From Chlamydiia bacterium (GTDB lineage Bacteria; Chlamydiota; Chlamydiia; Chlamydiales; JAAKFR01): DNA of 64,000 bases. Where the stretch lies: positions 23,476 to 87,475 of the forward strand of contig CAWHBB010000003.1 in NCBI GenBank assembly GCA_963827485.1, in the 5' to 3' direction. A program made the position numbers and the translations under genes. The first letter of the stretch is position 1. Each line of letters begins with the position of its first letter. The notes beneath the pieces were generated by a model. The model saw nothing but the letters and a program-made list of their open reading frames with translations, ran no database searches and was not told the DNA's origin. This document shows positions 27,839 through 37,207 of this stretch, piece after piece.

Positions 27839-29793
27839 AAAAAGAGGAGACAAAAAAGAGCGAGCGCAGAGCGCCGAGCGATATCAAAGAGCTCTTTCGA
27901 GAAAACTACATCCACTACGCCTCCTACGTCATCCTCGATAGGGCTATCCCTGAGATCACAGATGGCCTCAAACCGGTTCAGAGAAGGATTCTCTGGACGC
28001 TCTACGAGATGGATGATAGCAAGTTTCATAAGGTGGCCAATGCTGCCGGTCAGACGATGGCCCTCCACCCGCACGGAGATGCGCCCATCGTCGATGCTAT
28101 CGTGAACCTGGCAAATAAAAACTACCTGCTCGATAGACAGGGGAACTTCGGGAACCCGCTCACAAACGATCCTGCGGCCGCTGCTCGCTACATCGAGACC
28201 CGCCTCTCCCTGCTTGCAAAGGAGACGCTCTTCAACCCAGAATTGACCGAGGTGACCCCCTCCTACGATGGGCGCAAAAATGAGCCGGTGGTTCTGCCCG
28301 CCAAGATCCCGCTCTTGCTCATGCAGGGCGCTGAGGGCATTGCGGTGGGCATGGCGACGCGAATTCTGCCGCACAATTTCAAAGAGCTGCTTGAGGCAGA
28401 GATCGCCTATCTCGAGAAAAAGCCGTTCGAGCTGACCCCCGATTTCCCCTCAGGCGGCCTTATGGACCCTGCCGATTACCAAAAGGGCAGCGGCAGCGTG
28501 CGCCACAGGGCAACGATTGAGAGCAAGGATGAGAAAACTCTGGTGATCCGCGAGATCGCCTATGGAACCACCACCGAATCGGTGATCCGATCGGTCGACG
28601 AGGCTGCCAAAAAGGGAAAGATCAAGATCGACTCGATCCACGACTACACCGCGGAGAAGGTGGAGATCGAGATCAAGTTGCCGAGGGGCCAGTACGCAAG
28701 CGAAATCATCCCCCTTCTCTTTGCGCACACCGATTGCGAAGTGGTGCTGCACTCACAGGTGATCGCCATACGGGATAATATGCCCTGGGAAGGCACTGTC
28801 GAGGAGATCTTAATCTACCATGTCGAGCAGCTCGTCAGCATCTTGAAACGAGAGCTCGAGCTCGAAGAGCACCATTTGAGAGAAAAGATCTTCGGAAGGA
28901 CCCTTGAGCGCATTTTCATCGAAAATAGGCTCTATAAGCAGATCGAAAATGTCTCCACTCTTGAAAAGATCGATACCACCCTTGAGAGGGCGCTCGAGCC
29001 CTACTACATCGAACTTGCTCGCGTGCCTAAAAAAGAGGATAGGGCGTGGCTTCTTGAGCTGCCCATCCGCAAGATCTCTCGCTTCGATATCGACAAGAAC
29101 AGAAGCGATATCGCTGAGCTTGAAAAGAGGCTCAAGCAGTGCGAAAAAGAGCTGAAGAATGTGCGCGGCTACACCTTGAAATACCTGAAGGGGCTGCTCG
29201 AAAAACATGGCAAATACTACCCGAGAAAGACGGCGATAGAGAAGTTTCCAGAGATCGCAAGGGTGGCGGCCAAACCAGTTAAGCTTAAAATTGCTTTTGA
29301 CGAGGTGAAGGGGATGCTGGGCTCCCGCGTCTCGGCCAAGACCTCCCTCGAGTGCTCATCGAAGGACAAAATCCTGCTCTTCTATCGAGATGGGAGCTAC
29401 AAGGTGATCGCCATCCCCGAGCGCAGCTATGTCGGAGGTCCCTCTGGGATGCCTGTTTGGATTGGCCTTGCTGACAGGAAGACAGCTATCTCCGTTCTCT
29501 ACAGCGATTCCAAGGGGGTTATCTACGCCAAGAGATTCATCGTGAAGCAGTTTACATTGAACAAGAGCTACCGCTTCCTCGATGAGGGAGCCGAATTGCA
29601 CTTCATCTCTGAGGCAGAGAGCCCTGAGCTTGCGATCTACTTCAAGTCGAAGCCCAAAGACAAGATCAAATCCCTTGCCCTCAACTACACCGATGTGGCA
29701 GTAAAGAAGGTAGCTGCTCGAGGCACTCGAGTCGAAAAGAGGCCGATCGATCGCGTGGTCAGAATAACAGAAGAGGCAGAGAATGAGTCTTGA
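27835..29793 (+). CDS. parC: type IIA topoisomerase subunit A (ParC / GyrA-2-like)
   Basis: ASYVILDRAIPEITDGLKPVQRRILW and AAARYIETRL (catalytic Tyr region). Overlaps the parE stop. Confidence 0.85.
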   Translation: MKKEETKKSERRAPSDIKELFRENYIHYASYVILDRAIPEITDGLKPVQRRILWTLYEMDDSKFHKVANAAGQTMALHPHGDAPIVDAIVNLANKNYLLDRQGNFGNPLTNDPAAAARYIETRLSLLAKETLFNPELTEVTPSYDGRKNEPVVLPAKIPLLLMQGAEGIAVGMATRILPHNFKELLEAEIAYLEKKPFELTPDFPSGGLMDPADYQKGSGSVRHRATIESKDEKTLVIREIAYGTTTESVIRSVDEAAKKGKIKIDSIHDYTAEKVEIEIKLPRGQYASEIIPLLFAHTDCEVVLHSQVIAIRDNMPWEGTVEEILIYHVEQLVSILKRELELEEHHLREKIFGRTLERIFIENRLYKQIENVSTLEKIDTTLERALEPYYIELARVPKKEDRAWLLELPIRKISRFDIDKNRSDIAELEKRLKQCEKELKNVRGYTLKYLKGLLEKHGKYYPRKTAIEKFPEIARVAAKPVKLKIAFDEVKGMLGSRVSAKTSLECSSKDKILLFYRDGSYKVIAIPERSYVGGPSGMPVWIGLADRKTAISVLYSDSKGVIYAKRFIVKQFTLNKSYRFLDEGAELHFISEAESPELAIYFKSKPKDKIKSLALNYTDVAVKKVAARGTRVEKRPIDRVVRITEEAENES

Positions 29794-30049
29794 AGGAATT
29801 GAAGGATCCAAAGGAGTGCAACCCTCGAGCTCCCCAACGGGCGGAACAGAAGGACCTGAGGGGTTCACTGGCGACGGCCCTATCCAAACCCTCGACGATC
29901 TTCACGCATGGCTGATCAAGACCCTTGGCAAAGAGGAGGGTGAGAAGTGGTGGAATATGTTCGTGACCAATATGCAGATGAGCGTCATGTCACAACTCCA
30001 GCAGTCGCAGGCGCGCCTCAAAAAGGCCATGTCAGAGATGAGACACTAG
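29783..30049 (+). CDS. hypothetical small protein
   Basis: 88-aa ORF with coding-like composition. No recognisable motif. Confidence 0.35.
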   Translation: MSLEGIEGSKGVQPSSSPTGGTEGPEGFTGDGPIQTLDDLHAWLIKTLGKEEGEKWWNMFVTNMQMSVMSQLQQSQARLKKAMSEMRH

Positions 30050-30050
30050 A

Positions 30051-30329
30051 GTGAGGCCTTTTTTTTTTCTCGGGCTTGTGAAAACGGCCAAGATTGAAGA
30101 GGCGCTCTTCAAAGCCCCCGCCCATGAAAAAGCGCTCTTCTTCTCGACACAGGAGCCGTTAAAAGAGATCGAGATTTCGGGAAAAACCTACCTCGGTAAA
30201 ATAGCCCCCTCCCCGATTACGCTGGAGGAGCTGGAGAGCTTAGAGGCCCACCTGGTGAGTATCTTCTCCAGGCTTAAAATGGAACCTACTGATTTAGAGT
30301 TACTTACAATCGAAGATGGAGCGAGATGA
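30051..30329 (+). CDS. hypothetical small protein
   Basis: 92-aa ORF with a GTG start next to a T10 run. The start is uncertain. Confidence 0.3.
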   Translation: MRPFFFLGLVKTAKIEEALFKAPAHEKALFFSTQEPLKEIEISGKTYLGKIAPSPITLEELESLEAHLVSIFSRLKMEPTDLELLTIEDGAR

Positions 30330-31254
30330 GATCGTTGTTACCGAGGAAGAAGAGGGCATGCGCCTCGATGTCCTGCTCTTCTCTCGCTTTAAAGAGTTTT
30401 CCCGCGCCTACTTCCAAAAACTGATCGACCAAGAGCTGGTGCTGGTCTCGGGAAGCATCGTCAAGAAGCGCTACCTGGTCAAAGAGGGCGACGAGATCGA
30501 GATCGAGTTTCTGCTCACACAGGAAACTGCGATCCAGCCCGAGCCGATTCCCCTCGCTATCCTCTACGAAGATCCCTATCTCATCATCGTCAATAAGCCG
30601 AAGGGCATGGTGGTCCACCCCGCCCCAGGCAATCTTTCGGGCACCTTTGCTAGCGCCCTTCTCTACCATATCCAAGCCGAGAGAGGTGCGCTTGCGCTTA
30701 AGCCTGGGGATGTGAGACCGGGCATCGTGCACCGCCTCGATAAGGATACTACAGGGGTGCTCGTAGGAGCCAAAGAGGAGAGGGCTCACAGGCTGATGGT
30801 GGGCCTTTTTGCGACAAGGAAGGTGGAGAAAAAGTACCTTGCGATCACCGTCGGATCGCCCGGAAAGCGACTTGTCGAGGCTCCCATAGGCCGCCATCCG
30901 ACAAGGCGCAAGGAGATGGCGGTGCAAGAAGAGGGAAGGGCTGCCGAGACCCTTGTCGAGACGCTCGCCACACACGAGGGGCTTGCGCTTGCCCTGCTCA
31001 TGCCAAAGACCGGGCGCACCCATCAGCTCAGAGTCCATCTACAGGCCATCCAGACACCGATTCTGGGCGATCCGATCTACGGTTCGAGCTCGCTCAATCG
31101 CAAATATAAGGTCGACCGGGTGCTCCTGCACGCCTATGAGATCGCCTTTACCCATCCGATTTTGAATCAAGAGATCCGAATCAAAGCGCCTCTTCCAGAA
31201 GATTTCAAGCTCTGGGCAGAGAGAATAGCCCCCAAGATGGCTAAAGATTTTTGA
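30316..31254 (+). CDS. rluD: RluA-family 23S rRNA pseudouridine synthase
   Basis: S4-like N-terminus, catalytic HRLDKDTTGVL, and KTGRTHQLRVH. Confidence 0.9.
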   Translation: MERDEIVVTEEEEGMRLDVLLFSRFKEFSRAYFQKLIDQELVLVSGSIVKKRYLVKEGDEIEIEFLLTQETAIQPEPIPLAILYEDPYLIIVNKPKGMVVHPAPGNLSGTFASALLYHIQAERGALALKPGDVRPGIVHRLDKDTTGVLVGAKEERAHRLMVGLFATRKVEKKYLAITVGSPGKRLVEAPIGRHPTRRKEMAVQEEGRAAETLVETLATHEGLALALLMPKTGRTHQLRVHLQAIQTPILGDPIYGSSSLNRKYKVDRVLLHAYEIAFTHPILNQEIRIKAPLPEDFKLWAERIAPKMAKDF

Positions 31255-31322
31255 TAGAGGAATATTCGCGCGGTCGAGTAAGATCGCCAGTGGGATCGAA
31301 CTATCCTTTAGGACTGAATACT

Positions 31323-31586
31323 ATGAAAGAATTTGTTGCCTATATTGTGAAAAACCTGGTCGACCATCCAGACAAGGTAGTGATTAACGAAGTCGGTGGA
31401 ACCCACACGATTATCCTTGAGCTCTCTGTCGAAAAATCGGACATCGGTAAAATCATCGGCAAGAAGGGCAAAACCATCAATGCCATTCGCACCCTGCTGA
31501 TGTCGGTGGCGAGCCGCAACGGCCTGCGCGTGAACCTAGAGATCCTCGAAGAGGGCAAGGTTCGCAGCACCGAAGAAGAGGCTTAA
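31323..31586 (+). CDS. KH-domain RNA-binding protein (UPF0109/YlqC-like)
   Basis: IVKNLVDHPDKV...DIGKIIGKKGKTINAIRTLL (GxxG KH motif). Start set at MKEFV. Confidence 0.8.
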   Translation: MKEFVAYIVKNLVDHPDKVVINEVGGTHTIILELSVEKSDIGKIIGKKGKTINAIRTLLMSVASRNGLRVNLEILEEGKVRSTEEEA

Positions 31587-31593
31587 ACGCCAG

Positions 31594-31742
31594 TTTAACG
31601 TAAGCGCTTTCGCGTTGAGCTCGAGATTTTCGCATCGATACAGTCTTTTGCGGGCGATGTAGATAGCCAAAGAGCTATCTTCGAGCCCGAAAGGGCTGAA
31701 GATCAGCGAAAAGATGGGCTCAAGCGTCGCGATTATGTTAAA
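31594..31742. repeat. about 150-bp imperfect palindrome (structured element or sRNA candidate)
   Basis: Arms TTTAACGTAAGCGCTTTCGCGTTGAGC... and ...GCTCAAGCGTCGCGATTATGTTAAA. Inner hairpins GATAGCcaaagaGCTATC and AGCCCgaaaGGGCT. Confidence 0.4.
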
Positions 31743-31758
31743 GTGGTGTTTTAGAAGA

Positions 31759-31831
31759 CGGACCGAGCAGGATTCGAACCTGCGACCACCCGCTTAGAAG
31801 GCGGGTGCTCTATCCACTGAGCTATCGGTCC
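31759..31831 (-). tRNA. tRNA-Arg (anticodon TCT)
   Basis: Hand-folded: GGACCGA acceptor, anticodon stem-loop CCCGC-CTTCTAA-GCGGG, T-arm GCAGGTTCGAATCCTGC. Confidence 0.9.
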
Positions 31832-31910
31832 TCGGAAAGCCAGACTAGAAAGATTCAGTCTAGCTTCGGTTTCTCATTTCGCGCAAGAGAGGTCTCAAGG
31901 AGCAAGTGAG

Positions 31911-32435
31911 ATGACAAAGCCCGCTGTTCAAGTGGTGCTGGCCCTCGGAGGTAACTTCGAAAAAACAGGGTCTCTTTTCAAACAGGCGTGCGAAGAGCTT
32001 GCAAATTCAAATTTAATTTTTAATTTAACATGTTCAGCGCTTTACAAGACCCCACCTCTCTCACCGATTCCTCAAGCTCCCTTTCTCAATCTCTGTCTCT
32101 TGGGCCTCACCTCGCTCGCTCCGCTCGAGCTTTTCGAGTTGACCGAGAGGGTTGAAAGGAGGCTCGGGAAGGTGGCGAAACCCAAGGAGGCGCCCCGTCC
32201 CATCGATATCGATATTCTTTTTTACGGCACTGAGCGTGTCGAGAGAGAGGGGCTGGTGATCCCGCACAGGGAGTGGCAGAGAAGGCTTTTTGTGCTCTAT
32301 CCGCTCAAGGATCTCTTTGAAAGGGCCCCCACCGATGGGGATCTGACCCTTTTAGAGAGAATTAATGGCTTTTCGGAAAGTGAAAGAGAGGGGATAATAT
32401 CCCTTGGTCAATTCGAGATGGGCAGGCGCACTTGA
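31911..32435 (+). CDS. folK: 2-amino-4-hydroxy-6-hydroxymethyldihydropteridine pyrophosphokinase
   Basis: LALGGN..., YKTPP, RPIDIDILFYG and IPHREWQRRLFVLYPL motifs. Confidence 0.85.
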   Translation: MTKPAVQVVLALGGNFEKTGSLFKQACEELANSNLIFNLTCSALYKTPPLSPIPQAPFLNLCLLGLTSLAPLELFELTERVERRLGKVAKPKEAPRPIDIDILFYGTERVEREGLVIPHREWQRRLFVLYPLKDLFERAPTDGDLTLLERINGFSESEREGIISLGQFEMGRRT

Positions 32436-33274
32436 GCGTAGAGGTCGGCGATTTTCAGATAGGGGATAAAAAAAGGCTCACGATCATTGCAGGGCCCTGT
32501 GTGATCGAAAACGAGAGCATGCTCTTCGAGACGGCGGAGCGGCTTGCCGATCTTTTTGCCGACTCTCCCTTTAACTTCATCTTCAAGGCGAGCTATGACA
32601 AGGCCAACCGCTCCTCCGGCAAGAGTTTCCGAGGCCCTGGAGTCGATAAGGGCTTGAAGCTGCTCGAAGAGGTGAGGCGGCGCTTTTCGATTCCGATCTT
32701 CACCGACGTGCACACTGAAAGCGAGGCCCGCCTTGCAGGCCAGGTGTGCGATATGATCCAGATACCTGCCTTTCTCTGCCGCCAGACCGATCTTCTCATC
32801 GCCGCAGGAGAGAGCGGCGCTGCAGTCAATGTCAAAAAAGGACAGTTCATGGCGCCTTGGGATATGAAGGCGGTTGTGCAAAAGCTGCAAGATGTTGGAT
32901 GTCAAAGAGTTACGCTCACAGAGCGCGGCAGCTCCTTCGGCTACAACAATCTGGTTGTCGATTTTCGCTCGATTGCGATCATGCAGAAATTGGGGGTTCC
33001 GGTTCTTTTCGATGCGACCCATGCGGTGCAGCTACCGGGGGCGCGAGGGGAATCTTCTGGTGGCAATCCCGAATATGTTCCGCTTCTTGCGCGCGCCGGC
33101 CTTGCAGCTGGAGCTGATGGTCTCTATATCGAGGTGCATCCGAGCCCACGGCTAGCCAAGAGCGATTCTGAGACGCAGCTTGCTCTCGGTGAGATGGCGG
33201 CTCTGATCCGAGAATGGAGCCGCCTTGCCGAGGCGCTCTACACGACTACTTTATGCGCTTCATCCTCCTTTTGA
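32432..33274 (+). CDS. kdsA: 3-deoxy-8-phosphooctulonate (KDO8P) synthase
   Basis: IAGPCVIENE, FKASYDKANRSS, IQIPAFLCRQTDL and FDATHAVQLPG motifs. Confidence 0.95.
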   Translation: MSVEVGDFQIGDKKRLTIIAGPCVIENESMLFETAERLADLFADSPFNFIFKASYDKANRSSGKSFRGPGVDKGLKLLEEVRRRFSIPIFTDVHTESEARLAGQVCDMIQIPAFLCRQTDLLIAAGESGAAVNVKKGQFMAPWDMKAVVQKLQDVGCQRVTLTERGSSFGYNNLVVDFRSIAIMQKLGVPVLFDATHAVQLPGARGESSGGNPEYVPLLARAGLAAGADGLYIEVHPSPRLAKSDSETQLALGEMAALIREWSRLAEALYTTTLCASSSF

Positions 33275-33786
33275 GTTTTGCCTTGCCGATTCTTTTGCTC
33301 GTCGCTCTAATGGTGCCAACGAGCCGCGATAGAGCCGCCTTTGAACTCCTCTCGAGGGAGCTCGATTCTGCGAGGCAGAGCTTGCGCACGGCAAAGCAGG
33401 AGCGCACCGGTGTTCTCAAAGAGGCGTGGGTGGCTGGGCGCTATATTCGGATGGCCTCTCCTCGCTCGGAGCTCTTCTTGCTCCCCGATCAGAAAGATGC
33501 GATCGAGGAGCTGGCTGACCTTTCGGCCCATCTCTACGAAACAGGAGAGGATCGCCTCCGCTTTTTCGAGAGCAAAAATGCCAGATTTTACTATCGAGCT
33601 GAGAGGCTGCAAGCAGAGGATGTCCACTTTTTGGACTATAGGCTTGTAGAGATGAAGGGTGACTCGATCCATGAGCTGGGCCATCCTTTCATGTCGGGGA
33701 TGGCTGAGAAGCTCGAGTGCACGGTATTGGAGAGTGGAATGGATGTGGTTGCATATGGAGTGGAGGCAGATTTTGAACATCATTAA
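33253..33786 (+). CDS. membrane-anchored hypothetical protein (LptC-like by position only)
   Basis: N-terminal TM MRFILLLSFALPILLLVALMV. Lies between kdsA and the OstA-like gene. Confidence 0.4.
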   Translation: MRFILLLSFALPILLLVALMVPTSRDRAAFELLSRELDSARQSLRTAKQERTGVLKEAWVAGRYIRMASPRSELFLLPDQKDAIEELADLSAHLYETGEDRLRFFESKNARFYYRAERLQAEDVHFLDYRLVEMKGDSIHELGHPFMSGMAEKLECTVLESGMDVVAYGVEADFEHH

Positions 33787-34516
33787 GAGAGCTTTTCTCC
33801 CGCTACTGCTTTCACAGAGCCTTTTCGGGGCTATTCGGGTCACCTCCGAGAAGGCCCACTATAGCGACGAGCAGAAGGGGGCAGGTGCGCGCACGCTCAT
33901 CTTGGAGGGCAAGGTCAGAATCGAGGATGGCCAGGCCACTCTTTCGGGCCAGAAGGCTATTTTGGAGGCGGCCGCCCGAGATGATGTAAAAGAGATTCCC
34001 TTCTCTACGATGAGCCTTGAGGGCCAGGTGGAGCTGGTCTTCGTGAAGGAGGGCAAGCGGTTCGAGGCGCGCGCAGATCTTCTCGAGGGAGATCTGAAGA
34101 GTGGCCGCTTTGTCTTCAGGGGGATCCACTCGCCGCTATCGCTTCAAAGCGACTCCACGACGGTCCTTGCGCGGTGGGGCGAGCTCTTTTGTGAGGAGAG
34201 GGAGGGCGGCTTTGAGCTGAAGGCGCTCCATCTTTATGAAGAGATTCGGATCGAGCGAAGTGTGCAAGGGATGCAATATGCGCTTGCCGATCGGCTGGAC
34301 TACTTTCCGGAGGAGGATCAGCTGATGCTCGTCTCCCAAGCAGCGCCTGTGCTCTTTGTCGATGAGGCGAAGGGGGTGACGATCTCTGCGAGCAAGATCA
34401 TCGCAAAGAGTGGAGGGGAGAGGATCGAGGGCGTGGGCCAGGTTCAGTTCACCTTCAAAGAGGATGAGATCAAACGGATAGAAGAGCAATTTTCATGGAC
34501 GCAAAAAAGTTACTAG
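33755..34516 (+). CDS. OstA/LptA-like periplasmic protein
   Basis: Signal-like N-terminus and LILEGKVRIEDGQATLSGQKAILE beta-jellyroll-like repeats. Immediately precedes lptB. Confidence 0.5.
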   Translation: MEWRQILNIIKRAFLPLLLSQSLFGAIRVTSEKAHYSDEQKGAGARTLILEGKVRIEDGQATLSGQKAILEAAARDDVKEIPFSTMSLEGQVELVFVKEGKRFEARADLLEGDLKSGRFVFRGIHSPLSLQSDSTTVLARWGELFCEEREGGFELKALHLYEEIRIERSVQGMQYALADRLDYFPEEDQLMLVSQAAPVLFVDEAKGVTISASKIIAKSGGERIEGVGQVQFTFKEDEIKRIEEQFSWTQKSY

Positions 34517-35226
34517 TGGTCTCGAAGCTGACCAAAAGCTTTTCGAATCGCAAGGTGGTGCATAACTTCTCTCTCACGATAGGCTCAGGGGAGGTGGTGG
34601 GCCTGCTTGGGCCTAACGGGGCGGGCAAGACAACAGCCTTCTACATGATCATGGGGCTGATTCGCCCCGATGTTGGATCGATTTTTTTCGACGGTGTGGA
34701 TATTTCTGAGCGGCCCATTCATGCGCGCGCAAAACTGGGTATGGGCTATCTGGCGCAGGAGCCCTCTATCTTTCCCGATCTCACGGTCGAAGAGAATCTT
34801 CTCTCTATTCTGGAGATGCTTCCCATAAGCAAAGCCGAGCGGCTTGCTCGCATGAGGGCGCTCTTAGAAGAGCTCCATCTAACGCCTCTTGCTAAAAAGC
34901 GCGCCTGCACCCTTTCGGGAGGCGAGAGGCGGCGCCTGGAGATCACGCGTGTTCTGATCTTGGAGCCCAAGCTGCTGCTTCTCGACGAGCCATTTGCAAG
35001 CGTCGACCCGATTACGATCAGCGAATTGCAGAAGATGATCCGCATCCTCTCGATGCGCGGCATCAGCATTTTGATCACCGACCACAATGCTCGGGAGATC
35101 TTCTCTGTCGTCGATCGCTGCTACCTGATGCGCGCCGGCACATCGCTTCTATCGGGCGCAGTGGATGAGCTCATCGCCCACCCCGAGGCGCGAGAGAGCT
35201 ATCTGGGCAACGATTTTAGGTTGTAG
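34495..35226 (+). CDS. lptB: LPS export ABC transporter ATP-binding protein
   Basis: Walker A GPNGAGKTT, signature LSGGERRRLEI, Walker B LLLLDEPFA, and the YLG C-terminal motif typical of LptB. Confidence 0.9.
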   Translation: MDAKKLLVVSKLTKSFSNRKVVHNFSLTIGSGEVVGLLGPNGAGKTTAFYMIMGLIRPDVGSIFFDGVDISERPIHARAKLGMGYLAQEPSIFPDLTVEENLLSILEMLPISKAERLARMRALLEELHLTPLAKKRACTLSGGERRRLEITRVLILEPKLLLLDEPFASVDPITISELQKMIRILSMRGISILITDHNAREIFSVVDRCYLMRAGTSLLSGAVDELIAHPEARESYLGNDFRL

Positions 35227-35405
35227 GGATCACAGGTTTCGTGAAATTAACCACGATCTTGCTCATCTTGCCTGCTTCGCGATCGTGCTCATCCTGTTTC
35301 TTTTTGAAGAAAGAACAAGATATGCAGGATCGCTAGGAGCGGCAAGATGAGCAAGATGAACTTGTTTTCAAGAGGGTAGCTGAACAGTACGTTATGCTAC
35401 AGTCT
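35226..35405. mobile_element. RE-A2: palindromic miniature element between the lptB and ndk stops
   Basis: Core is nearly identical to RE-A3. Bounded by an 18-nt direct repeat CAACGATTTTAGGTTGTA (35208-35225 and 35406-35423). Confidence 0.7.
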
Positions 35406-35424
35406 CAACGATTTTAGGTTGTAA

Positions 35425-35850
35425 TTAACGGCTGAAGAGTTCCTCTTTTTTGAAGAAGAAGGCCACCTCTTGCGATGCGTTCGCTTCGCTGTCGGAGCCG
35501 TGCACCGCATTGGCATCGATCGAGTCAGCAAAGTCGGCGCGGATGGTTCCCTTGGCCGCCTCTTTGGGATTGGTCGCTCCCATGAGCTCGCGGTTCTTGG
35601 CCACCGCATTCTCACCCTCGAGCACCAGCACAAGAGCTGGCCCTGAGGTCATGAATTTCACAAGGTCGCCAAAGAAAGGCCGCGCCTTGTGGACCGCATA
35701 GAAGCCCTCCGCCTGCTCCTTCGATAGGTGGACCATGCGGGCAGCGACGATGACAAGGCCCGCTTTTTCAAAGCGAGAGAGAATCGCCCCGATCGCATTT
35801 TTGCTCACCGCATCGGGTTTGATAATGGAAAGTGTCTTCTGTTTTGCCAT
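35425..35850 (-). CDS. ndk: nucleoside-diphosphate kinase
   Basis: [10 protein letters not shown]..., NAVHGSDS active-site His. Confidence 0.95.
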   Translation of the reverse strand: MAKQKTLSIIKPDAVSKNAIGAILSRFEKAGLVIVAARMVHLSKEQAEGFYAVHKARPFFGDLVKFMTSGPALVLVLEGENAVAKNRELMGATNPKEAAKGTIRADFADSIDANAVHGSDSEANASQEVAFFFKKEELFSR

Positions 35851-35904
35851 AATAACCTTCTAGATTTTTGTGGCAGCGAGTATAAGAAATTAGCCCTTTA
35901 AAGT

Positions 35905-36477
35905 TCAATTGCTCTCGGCAAGCGCTCGCCGAATGAGCGAGGCAAGGTCGCGAGCCTCGCCCGCCTTCATCGCCTTCTCCACCGCTCCAGCGGCGATCTT
36001 GGGGCTATGGCCCAGATGCACCAGCGCCGAAATCGCCTCCCGCTCCACACTCGAAAGAGATCCCTGTGAAGTAAAAATTAGCTTATCGATTTTGCCCTTC
36101 AGCTCCAAGATGAGCCGCTCGGCCGTCTTCTTGCCGATGCCGGGCGTGGAGGTGAGTCTTTTTGCATTCCCTGTGAGCACCGTCTCCTGCAGCTCGCTTG
36201 GGTCGAGATGGGAGATCAGCGCAAGGCCGGTCTTAGGGCCGATTCCCGATATCGTGAGCAAAATCTCGAAGAGGTCGCGCTCAGAGGGGTCTAGAAAGCC
36301 GTAGAGCGCATGGCTATTTTCGCGAATCACAAGGCTCACATGGAGGGTCAGCTCATCGCCGAGAGCAGGCAGCTCCGCCCGCTGAGGCGTGGAGAGCAAG
36401 TAGCCGATCCCGCCCACATCCAGCACCACCGCCTGCTCCCGAATTTCAACTAATTTGCCTCTGATAAAGCTATACAT
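35905..36477 (-). CDS. ruvA: Holliday junction DNA helicase RuvA
   Basis: MYSFIRGKL..., HhH motifs ISGIGPKTG and TPGIGKKTAERL. Confidence 0.9.
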   Translation of the reverse strand: MYSFIRGKLVEIREQAVVLDVGGIGYLLSTPQRAELPALGDELTLHVSLVIRENSHALYGFLDPSERDLFEILLTISGIGPKTGLALISHLDPSELQETVLTGNAKRLTSTPGIGKKTAERLILELKGKIDKLIFTSQGSLSSVEREAISALVHLGHSPKIAAGAVEKAMKAGEARDLASLIRRALAESN

Positions 36478-36964
36478 ACCTTAATATCCTATTGCTATGG
36501 GCGTGGCAGATCGCGATGGCCAGGGCATCGGAGGCGTCCTCGGCAAGCCTCTCTTTCTTCAGGTCTAGAAGCATCTGCACCATGGAGCGGATCTGCGCTT
36601 TGCTCGCCCTTCCTGAGCCTGTGATGGCCTGTTTGGCGCGCGAGGGAGCATATTCAAAAATAGGGATTTCGCGCAAAGCAGCGGCCAGCAGGACCACTCC
36701 GCGGACCATCCCGAGCTTCAGAGCGCTGCCTGCATTCTTGTCCACAAATTGGGTCTCCACGGCGAGCGCTCCAGGTTTGTGCGTATCGATGAGGAGCAGC
36801 ACCTCCTCGAAGATCGTGCGGAAGCGGGCAGGCAGCTCCTTCGCTTTAGGCCGTATGCAGCCGAAAAGGCAGGCCGAAAGCCGGCTCCCTCGCTTGCGGA
36901 TGAGCCCATACCCGGTGACAACGCTGCCCGGATCGATGCCCAGAATGAGTTCTCCCTCTTCCAT
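36470..36964 (-). CDS. ruvC: crossover junction endodeoxyribonuclease RuvC
   Basis: ILGIDPGSVVTGYGLI and C-terminal DASDALAIAICH. The start (36964 or 36982) is ambiguous. Confidence 0.9.
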   Translation of the reverse strand: MEEGELILGIDPGSVVTGYGLIRKRGSRLSACLFGCIRPKAKELPARFRTIFEEVLLLIDTHKPGALAVETQFVDKNAGSALKLGMVRGVVLLAAALREIPIFEYAPSRAKQAITGSGRASKAQIRSMVQMLLDLKKERLAEDASDALAIAICHAHSNRILRYV

Positions 36965-36998
36965 GAGTTTAAAATAGTGCAAGTGGCGGTTTTAGGAA

Positions 36999-37162
36999 TA
37001 GACCTCTTGCGTAATTTGCTTTGGTTGAAAAAATTGATGATTTTTGAGCGGATTTGTCGACAAATTTTGAGGGCATATGCGAACATATGGCCGAAAAATT
37101 TGGCGACGAAGGCGCCAAAAATGGCAATTTTAGTAACCAAATGAAGTTACGCAAGAGGTCTA
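36999..37162. mobile_element. RE-B2: MITE-like element with RE-B termini but a different interior
   Basis: TAGACCTCTTGCGTAATTTGCTTTGG...CCAAATGAAGTTACGCAAGAGGTCTA. The interior is AT-rich and unrelated to RE-B1 and RE-B3. Confidence 0.65.
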
Positions 37163-37207
37163 ATATAGCGCTCTTGGTATCATCTTCGCCATTCCCTTAG
37201 GTAGGCG

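Noticed and set aside
30058-30070. T10 homopolymer after the 88-aa ORF, considered as a terminator or slippery site.
   Set aside because: No adequate upstream GC-rich stem. It may simply be the spacer or part of the next ORF's 5' end, and I cannot decide from the sequence alone.
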